From an uncultured Nitrososphaerota archaeon (lineage in GTDB: Archaea; Thermoproteota; EX4484-205; JAAOZP01): 53,484 bases of DNA. Positions 46,948 to 53,484 of this stretch are shown here, in pieces; within the stretch, counting starts at the first letter, position 1, and each line of letters begins with the position of its first letter. The DNA lies in assembly GCA_964616835.1 (NCBI GenBank), contig CAZTSG010000004.1:1-53484 (forward strand), in the 5' to 3' direction. A model generated the notes under the pieces. The model saw only the letters and a program-made list of their open reading frames with translations. It did not search any database and was not told the origin of the DNA. The position numbers and the translations under genes were made by a program.

Positions 46948-47975
46948 TCATAATCCCTCGGGGCCCACGTATACGGTGTCCTCAGCCTCAGGACCCGTGC
47001 CCACTATAGCGACCGGCACCCCAGTCTCGTCCTGAACCTTCTTTAGAAACTCTATGCATCTCTGGGATAGAGACTCTTTTCTCCTGACTTGGAAGCATTC
47101 TGGAAAAAGCACGTCCACCTTGGTTACTGCTATCTGAGTAGCCCCGTTGACCCTGGCTGCACGCTTAGCCATCTGGAAGTTGAATGGCGCAGCCCTCCTA
47201 AGCCTGCCGGTTACAGTACCCCTCTCCACAAAGCCTTTTTTCTCAGCCTCCTCCGGAGAAAGCTCGTTCTCAAGAGGACCCTTGCCGACTCTCGTCACAA
47301 AGCTTTTTAGAACAAGTATGACTTCGTCAACCCTTTTCGGACCTACTCCAACTTCGCTGCAGACTGCTGCGGCAGTAGTGTCCCTCCCGGTTACGTAAGG
47401 ATAAGTACCGTGGTAGAGGCTCAGATAGAAGCCTTGCGTGCCCTCTAGGTGAATCGTCTCACCCCTGTCCAGCGCGGAGTTAACTTCTTCAGACACATCC
47501 GTAACGTACTTTCTTAACTCGGGCAGGTCCCTGACTAGCTTCGCCTTCCTAGCAACCCTGTCTACGAGAGCAGGGGAAACACCTGTGCCTGTGGTTCCTA
47601 TGAACTCCCTGAAAAAGTCGCTACCCCTGTCGGCATCGATATGCTTCTGCTCGATCACGGAAGCCTTCTCGTCGATGAATATTCTCTCCTCGACGCCGAG
47701 CGTTTCAACCTCGCTCATAAACACCTTGGGGTCTATGTTAGCCCCGGCGCCTATGAGCAGCCTTGTCTCAGGAACCAAGAATGCGCTCGGCACAATTCTA
47801 AGCCTGTACGTATTGCCCCTGTAAACTACGGTGTGGCCAGCGTTTACAGAGCCGACTCTCACAGCTATCTTCGGACGCTCCCTAAGTGCCAGGAACGCGG
47901 CGACTTTTCCCTCTAGGGACCTTTGAAAGGTTTTCCCTCGTCGCCGAAGAATCCTGACACTATTACTTTAAGCAT
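46948..47975 (-). CDS. purA: adenylosuccinate synthetase, interrupted by a 20-nt intron (335 aa after splicing)
   Basis: Exon 1 MLKVIVSGFFGDEG(K) from ATG 47975. Exon 2 GKVAAFLAL...NAGHT, GTTGTG, EGTQG, GTYPYVT, GTVTGRLRR. Confidence 0.9.
47913..47932 (-). other. putative BHB/BHL-type mRNA intron AACCTTTCAAAGGTCCCTAG
   Basis: Central helix AGGG/CCCT, bulges AA^A and AG^A, inner stem ACCTT/AAGGT, outer helix GGCGAC/GTCGCC. Excision restores GAC GAG GGA AAG GGA AAA (DEGKGK). Confidence 0.8.
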
Positions 47976-48063
47976 GCTAGCTCACACACGTGCTCCGAAA
48001 CGAGGAGTATAAAGCCTTTTCCATATTGTTTTTAAGCCTGATTCAACCATTTTATTAATAGGT

Positions 48064-48789
48064 TTGAAGATCAAGTACGGATGCTGCGGGTTCCCCCTTT
48101 CAATGAGCAGGTATTTTTCAGAATTCGGCCTCGTAGAACTTCAGTCGACTTTCTACAAGCTCCCCATGGTCAAGACCGCTGAGAAATGGAGGAGCCAAGC
48201 CCCTGAAGGCTTCGAATTCACCTTGAAGGCTTGGCAGGGCATTACGCACCCGCCTGAAAGCCCGACTTGGAAGAGGAGCGGTTTGAGCAGGAGCGAGCTT
48301 AAAGACTATGGTAACTTCAACCCTTCTATAAAGGTTTTTGAAGCATGGGACAGGACTCTGGAGATTGCTAGGAGCCTGGGCGCGAGGATAATAGTTTTTC
48401 AAACTCCTCCTAGCTTCAACCCTTCTCCGAAGAACATCGATAACATGAAGAAGTTTTTCAAAGAGATAGATAGGGGAGGGCTGATCCTCGCCTGGGAGCC
48501 TCGTGGAGAATGGCTGGAGGAGAAGAGCGTTACGAGAAGCCTTTTGGAGAAGCTTGAGTTAATCCATGTGGTAGACCCGTTTTGGGATCAGCCTCTTACT
48601 ACTGGAATATATTATTTCAGGCTCCACGGTCTTGGAAAAAGGTACAACTACAGCTACGAATACACTCTTGAGGATTTGAAAAAGCTCAAGAGACTTATAG
48701 GAGGCTTAAGGAACACGGAGGAAGTATACGTCTTATTCAACAATAAGAAGATGCTTGATTCTGCGAAGCTATTCGCTAGCCTCCTCTAA
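48064..48789 (+). CDS. DUF72 (YecE-like) TIM-barrel protein
   Basis: Motifs VELQSTFY, FTLKAWQGITH, FQTPPSF, WEPRG, YFRLHG, LFNN. Confidence 0.88.
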   Translation: MKIKYGCCGFPLSMSRYFSEFGLVELQSTFYKLPMVKTAEKWRSQAPEGFEFTLKAWQGITHPPESPTWKRSGLSRSELKDYGNFNPSIKVFEAWDRTLEIARSLGARIIVFQTPPSFNPSPKNIDNMKKFFKEIDRGGLILAWEPRGEWLEEKSVTRSLLEKLELIHVVDPFWDQPLTTGIYYFRLHGLGKRYNYSYEYTLEDLKKLKRLIGGLRNTEEVYVLFNNKKMLDSAKLFASLL

Positions 48790-50188
48790 GCATCGTGGAG
48801 AAAGGATGCAAGCATCTTTCTAGGAAAGAGAGATAACCCTGGTTATTCACGGCTTCAACAACGTCTTCTCCAAACATCATCTTGCTTTCAGAAAGCGCTT
48901 TCACAATATTTTCTGGAAAACCCTTGAGGAACTCGCTTGAAGAAAATGCTTTCGAGACGACCTCGCTCACATCCCTAGCTTTAGGCCTTAGTATGGTCCA
49001 CCACCTCCCGTTCCTCGGAAAAGGTTGAACCAGCGTCCTCTCGTTGCCCAAATATGTTTCGACAAATATTGGAACATTACTGCTGAAGTACGGTGGGCCC
49101 ATGTGTAGGATGGCTGCCTTTTTCTCATACTCTTCGAGTATGAAGAGCAATACGACGTTCTTCTCCTCGTCGCTCCAAACCCTATCCATTAATACCCTGA
49201 ACTCATTATCCTCCAGGAGCATGCTGAGCCTTGAGAGCAGCCTGTATGCCTGTCCCCACAGGATGTCTGGAATATTCGTCCAAGCCGGTATCGTTATCGA
49301 AAACATGTTCAGACCCCTGCTCCTCACAGTCTCTCTAAGCTCTTCTTTAGAAGACCGGTAAGTCGGGTAGAAGAAGTTGACAGATGGTTTCTTAAGCATC
49401 AAGTGCGCAGCATACTGCGCTATGCTGAGGCTCTCCCCGCTCACAGCCGCAGCCACGTTCCTAAGCTCGTCGACAGGGTCTATCACGCATATCAGACTAT
49501 CCCTAGCCTTCCTGTGCAGCTCTTCTTCCCTGCCCTTGTACAGCTCTCCCGGGTCCAGTATTAATGGGGGCTTGAGTGAAGCGAGCCTCTCCAAGGTCTT
49601 TTCGAAGCCTCCTAGCGAGTAGACGAGCAGCTCAACCAGGAAGCCGCTGAAGCCCCTCGTCTTTATCTCGGCACCGTAGACCCCTATGCCTTTAAAGAAC
49701 TTCTTCAGGAGCCGTGCTTCATCCTTCATCTCTGGACTCAGCTTCTCCTTCACGAACTCGGTGTGGAAAACAGTCCTGTCAGTAGCGCTCCTATAAGTCC
49801 CTTTCTCAACCCTGTAGCACGGCACCACGTCTACATTAACCCCTTCAATCCTGACGGTTACGTAAGGATGCTCGGCAAACCTAAGCCTACATTTCTCGGG
49901 GCCGAAAGCCCTCTTAACACACTCTATCAGCGTCTTGCCCATTTCGTCCTTCTTCCACTTTACTGGAAACCTTACGAAGATATCGGCATCCGTCTCCCCG
50001 CTCAACCAAGTGTCCTTAGCTACAGAGCCTTGAACAAGAACGTCTGCCTCAGGCTCCATGTTCTTAAACTCCTCCTGGAGCGTTGAAACAACCCTGGAGA
50101 GAACATTGTTCATGTGCTCCCTTTCCTCGGGGCTCGGTTTAATCCTTCTTAAAACCTCTTGAACAACCTCCTTTAGGCTATCCGACAT
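48776..50188 (-). CDS. cca: CCA-adding enzyme (class I)
   Basis: Motifs GSVAKDTWLSGETDADIF, AEHPY, DVVPCY, YGAEIK, GFSG, DPVD..RN. Confidence 0.93.
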   Translation of the reverse strand: MSDSLKEVVQEVLRRIKPSPEEREHMNNVLSRVVSTLQEEFKNMEPEADVLVQGSVAKDTWLSGETDADIFVRFPVKWKKDEMGKTLIECVKRAFGPEKCRLRFAEHPYVTVRIEGVNVDVVPCYRVEKGTYRSATDRTVFHTEFVKEKLSPEMKDEARLLKKFFKGIGVYGAEIKTRGFSGFLVELLVYSLGGFEKTLERLASLKPPLILDPGELYKGREEELHRKARDSLICVIDPVDELRNVAAAVSGESLSIAQYAAHLMLKKPSVNFFYPTYRSSKEELRETVRSRGLNMFSITIPAWTNIPDILWGQAYRLLSRLSMLLEDNEFRVLMDRVWSDEEKNVVLLFILEEYEKKAAILHMGPPYFSSNVPIFVETYLGNERTLVQPFPRNGRWWTILRPKARDVSEVVSKAFSSSEFLKGFPENIVKALSESKMMFGEDVVEAVNNQGYLSFLERCLHPFSTMLRGG

Positions 50189-50210
50189 AGAATATGTTTA
50201 CCGATGCTTA

Positions 50211-50762
50211 TTAATCAATTTTTTCCCACAGGGTCTCATAGACAGGGCCCTTGGGGGTTAGGGTGCTCTTCTTAAGCCTAAGCCTGCTTGTTAAAGTCTC
50301 GCCAATCAGAATATCGCCGTTATCCTTGATGAAGAGTACGAGCTTGTCGATGTTCAAGCGACTCCTAACTCTTGCAAGAGTAATATGCGGAGAAAACTCC
50401 TCGCTTGCTTTAAACCCTATGCTGAACAAGGCTTCTGAAACCCTCTTAGCTCTTTCAACAACCTCCGCAGCCCCCTTGCCGACCTTTGCGAAAACGACCC
50501 TCGGCTGGGATACTGTTGGAAACGCTCCGAGCCCCCGGATCTCTATTTCCACCGGCTGCCCCTCAACCCTGGAGAGGGTTTCGCATATTCTGCTAACCAT
50601 GCTCTCATGAATCTCGCCTATGAAAAACAGGGTTATGTGGAGAATCTTAGCGTCTACAAGTTTCAAATCGGCTTTTGTCTCAACCATCCTCCTCTGTATT
50701 TCAGACGCTCTACGACTCACATCGTCGTTCTCAACGTCTAGGGAGACGAAGACCCTGACCAT
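50211..50762 (-). CDS. thpR: RNA 2',3'-cyclic phosphodiesterase (2H, LigT-like)
   Basis: Two HxT motifs (LHITL, PHITLAR) and STLTPKGPVY. Confidence 0.9.
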   Translation of the reverse strand: MVRVFVSLDVENDDVSRRASEIQRRMVETKADLKLVDAKILHITLFFIGEIHESMVSRICETLSRVEGQPVEIEIRGLGAFPTVSQPRVVFAKVGKGAAEVVERAKRVSEALFSIGFKASEEFSPHITLARVRSRLNIDKLVLFIKDNGDILIGETLTSRLRLKKSTLTPKGPVYETLWEKID

Positions 50763-50781
50763 TCTCGAGTAGACTGGGAAG

Positions 50782-51375
50782 ATGGTTTATATACCTTACC
50801 ACCGTCTTCAAGACTTGTTGAAGCACCTGATACTGATAACGGGGATGCCTGGCTCCGGGAAAACAACAGTTGCTAAAATAATGAGCGAAGAGGGTTTTCC
50901 AATCGTTTCCATGGGGGACGCTGTGAGAGAGGAGGCGGAGGCACGCGGCGTAGGTAAGAGCATATTTGAAATGAGCAGGTTCATGATTGAACTTAGGAGG
51001 GAGCTCGGCGAAAACGCTGTCGCAATGCTTGTCGAGAAGAAAATAGAGAAGATGGAGAACGATACCGTAATCGTGGACGGCGTTAGGTCTCTGAAGGAGG
51101 TTGAATACTTCAAGTCAAGAGGATACTCTGTGACTAAGGTAGGAGTATTATCGCCAACAGGATTAAGATACAAGAGGCTTTCAAACAGGAGTAGGCCGGA
51201 CGATTCTAAAATACTTAGGGAGCTAGAGGAGAGAGATATGGTTGAGATCTCAGTCGGGGTCGGGGGAGTAATCGCTCTAAGCGACGTCTACCTTTTGAAC
51301 GAGAGCAGTCTGGAGGAGCTTAGGAAGAACACTTTGCAGAAACTACGGGAAATAGTCTCTAGAAGATATCTATAG
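50782..51375 (+). CDS. P-loop kinase, archaeal dephospho-CoA-kinase-like family
   Basis: Motifs GMPGSGKT, SMGDAVRE, DGVRS, R..R.RPDD. Confidence 0.72.
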   Translation: MVYIPYHRLQDLLKHLILITGMPGSGKTTVAKIMSEEGFPIVSMGDAVREEAEARGVGKSIFEMSRFMIELRRELGENAVAMLVEKKIEKMENDTVIVDGVRSLKEVEYFKSRGYSVTKVGVLSPTGLRYKRLSNRSRPDDSKILRELEERDMVEISVGVGGVIALSDVYLLNESSLEELRKNTLQKLREIVSRRYL

Positions 51376-52285
51376 ACATGAAGTCTTCAGCAACCTGAAC
51401 ATTGTCGAAGAATCTCCTAGCCTGCTCCAGCAGGATGGAAGCATCGCCGTACCTAGAGCTTATGTGAGTTAACAAGAGCCTTTTAACACCCGCCTTAGCG
51501 GCGAGCTTAGCAGCCTCCACGCACGTTGAGTGCTGCAGCTCGCTGGCCTCGCTCCCCATGCTCTCGTCGAAAGTAGCCTCGTGAATCAAAATATCCGCGT
51601 TACTGCAGAACTCTTCGAAACCAGGAGTATCTCCCATGTCCCCGGTGTAAACTATCTTAACACCGGGCCTAGCAGGCCCCACAACTTCCTCAGGCCTAAT
51701 AACCCTGCCGTCTTCAAGCTTAACGGGCGCTCCCTCTATGAGCATTCTCCTCAACGGTCCCGGTTTAACACCAAGTTCCTCAGCCTTCTCCACGTTAAAC
51801 TTCCCAGGCCTATCATCCTCCTTGAAACAATAAGCGTAGGATTCCACAGAATGTTTTACACGATGAGAATAAACCTTGTATTTCTTACCAGTTGCGACCA
51901 AGCCGTTTCCCTCAAACTCTTGAATCTCCAAGGGGAAAGAAGGCTGGTAGAATATCATTGGCAAGCATGATTCTACGAATTTTTTAACCCCTTTGGGGCC
52001 GAAGACCCTGAGCGGGCTCCTCCTGTTTTGAAGAGTCATCGTCATCAATAGTCCGGGAAGCCCCAGCACATGGTCCCCATGCATATGGGTTACGAATATG
52101 CTTGAAACCTTCTCCATGCTGAGGCCGGCGATCATCAACTGTCTCTGAGCCCCCTCCCCGCAGTCGAACAATATTGTTTCGCCCTTCCACCATAGGGCTA
52201 TGCACGGGTGGCTCCTACTAACAGTAGGCACTGCCGCAGACGTGCCAAGCATGAAAAGCCTTCCGAAAGGCTGGCTCTTTCTCAA
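51359..52285 (-). CDS. rnz: ribonuclease Z
   Basis: Motifs LGTSAAVP, DCGEG, THMHGDH, flexible arm PGP, HEATF, HST, THISSRY. Confidence 0.95.
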   Translation of the reverse strand: MRKSQPFGRLFMLGTSAAVPTVSRSHPCIALWWKGETILFDCGEGAQRQLMIAGLSMEKVSSIFVTHMHGDHVLGLPGLLMTMTLQNRRSPLRVFGPKGVKKFVESCLPMIFYQPSFPLEIQEFEGNGLVATGKKYKVYSHRVKHSVESYAYCFKEDDRPGKFNVEKAEELGVKPGPLRRMLIEGAPVKLEDGRVIRPEEVVGPARPGVKIVYTGDMGDTPGFEEFCSNADILIHEATFDESMGSEASELQHSTCVEAAKLAAKAGVKRLLLTHISSRYGDASILLEQARRFFDNVQVAEDFMSIDIF

Positions 52286-53322
52286 CTCCTCGCCACCAAC
52301 AGTTTCCTAGTAAGACTCGTATGAACCTCTATAAAATATGTTTCCATAATCCTAAAGCCCCTCGACACCAAGAAATCTTCAACAGGCACCTCACGGGGAG
52401 CGAGAAAGACGATCCAACCCCCATCGCGGAGAACCCTAGAAGACTCGTCTATAAAGCCCTCGTAAACCCTTAATGATTCTAAACCGTGCGTTGAAGCCCT
52501 CCTACCATAAGGCGGGTCCGTAACGATAGCGTCAACACGCCTGAGAGGCATGTGCCTAGCGTCTCCGAGCACTTGGCAGACCTCGAATGCTCTGAACCAC
52601 CTGTAGTTCCTGAGGGAAGGGTATGCCATCGCAGGGTCTATCTCCAGCCCCACAGGTATTGTCCTAAGTTCATTAGCCTCGATCAGTATCGTCCCAGTGC
52701 CGGAGAAAGGGTCTAACACTACACTGCCCTCCCTAACCCTTGCGAGATTAAGCATCACTCGGGCGAGTTCAACCTTCAGGCTGGAAGGGTGGAAAAACGG
52801 CTTCGTACCTCCGCTTCTCGAAAACACTCTACGCCTATCGCTGAGGCAAATCTTCCTGCCGACTAAGAAAAACCCCTCTGAAGCAACCACCTCTATAGTG
52901 CTTCGAGGATTCTCCAAATCTACCAGCAGCCCAGCCTCCCTAGCCTTCGCATTCAACTCCCTCTCCAGGCTAGAAGCTTCCTGCGGAGAAATACTTCCCC
53001 TAACCCTCCTGACTCGGAAGGCAATGCTTTCCTTGAAGAGCCTTTCTTGAACCAAACCAATTATTTCACTACTAGAAGCACCCTTTTCCAGAATGCAGAA
53101 CTCTTCACATAGAAAGTGTGAGAAAGCAAGCCTCTTAAACACTTTCGAAACAGGCTCCAACGGTGCTTCAAACCTGCATACTTGGGCGAATGGTTTCAGA
53201 ATATTATTGGGAACATTCTCCGCTTCAAAAGCCCCCCGGATCTCTGCGTATGGAAGCTCATCGTGTTCTCCAGAAACCAGTGCGAAAAACCTAGTCCATT
53301 CTTGCTCGCAGTTCAGAGTCAG
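52282..53322 (-). CDS. trm11: tRNA (guanine10-N2)-methyltransferase with THUMP domain; probable CTG start
   Basis: PFFHPSSL, DPFSGTG, TDPPYGR. The frame stays open upstream of 53160 through SGEHDELPYAEI to CTG 53322, which overlaps the upstream stop (CTGA). Confidence 0.8.
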   Translation of the reverse strand: MTLNCEQEWTRFFALVSGEHDELPYAEIRGAFEAENVPNNILKPFAQVCRFEAPLEPVSKVFKRLAFSHFLCEEFCILEKGASSSEIIGLVQERLFKESIAFRVRRVRGSISPQEASSLERELNAKAREAGLLVDLENPRSTIEVVASEGFFLVGRKICLSDRRRVFSRSGGTKPFFHPSSLKVELARVMLNLARVREGSVVLDPFSGTGTILIEANELRTIPVGLEIDPAMAYPSLRNYRWFRAFEVCQVLGDARHMPLRRVDAIVTDPPYGRRASTHGLESLRVYEGFIDESSRVLRDGGWIVFLAPREVPVEDFLVSRGFRIMETYFIEVHTSLTRKLLVARS

Positions 53323-53483
53323 TTCTTACCCCTGAGCGTTCTAATTATGTCTTCAATTACAGAAATGCTTAAGAACCGATTTCTAACGATATTTGAGTCC
53401 GACGATAACAACACAGGTCTTTTCAAACCCTTTCTAAAACAATATTTTGCGAAAGAAGTATTCACATCTATTATAACCCTATT
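53319..53483 (-). CDS. C-terminal end of a gene cut by the window edge
   Basis: 55 codons including the stop (...VIEDIIRTLRGKN*); the stop overlaps the trm11 start. Confidence 0.5.
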   Translation of the reverse strand, partial: NRVIIDVNTSFAKYCFRKGLKRPVLLSSDSNIVRNRFLSISVIEDIIRTLRGKN

Positions 53484-53484
53484 C

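Noticed and set aside
46948-47862. purA starting at GTG 47862, or purA as a pseudogene
   Set aside because: That start omits the essential GDEGKG motif. The rest of the gene is intact and the insert has precise BHB/BHL geometry.
1-53484. CRISPR array, rRNA, transposase or integrase
   Set aside because: I saw no regularly spaced repeats, rRNA-like sequence or recombinase motifs by eye.

Overview
This is a gene-dense archaeal chromosomal segment. The combination of CdvA, TFE-beta, Gins23-MCM, rpoP and two SMC systems suggests a TACK-type lineage (inference). Most genes are housekeeping: cofactor and nucleotide metabolism (cofE, RimK-like ligase, nadE, pyrE, purA, hisD), RNA processing and modification (trm1, rlmE, gar1, srp19, cca, thpR, rnz, trm11), lipid synthesis (GGR, uppS), and a replication/division cluster (tRNA-Pro, ORB-like repeats, rpoP, cdc6, rfcL, rfcS, gins23, intein-containing mcm, hel308, cdvA). 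Features the ORF track does not show: (1) a 20-nt bulge-helix-bulge/loop intron that splits the GDEGKGK motif of purA, i.e. a likely tRNA-type intron in an mRNA; (2) a 57-aa K/A/P-rich, histone-H1-tail-like gene with its own TATA box; (3) tRNA-Pro(GGG) with two non-canonical introns, one inside the anticodon; (4) rpoP; (5) a probable CTG start for trm11. The window also has a canonical Smc(mini-intein)-ScpA-ScpB operon and a second, SMC5/6-like trio (short SMC, kleisin, Nse1/Nse3-like KITE). That trio is split by a decaying AT-rich islet. All assignments come from motif recognition by eye; no searches were run.
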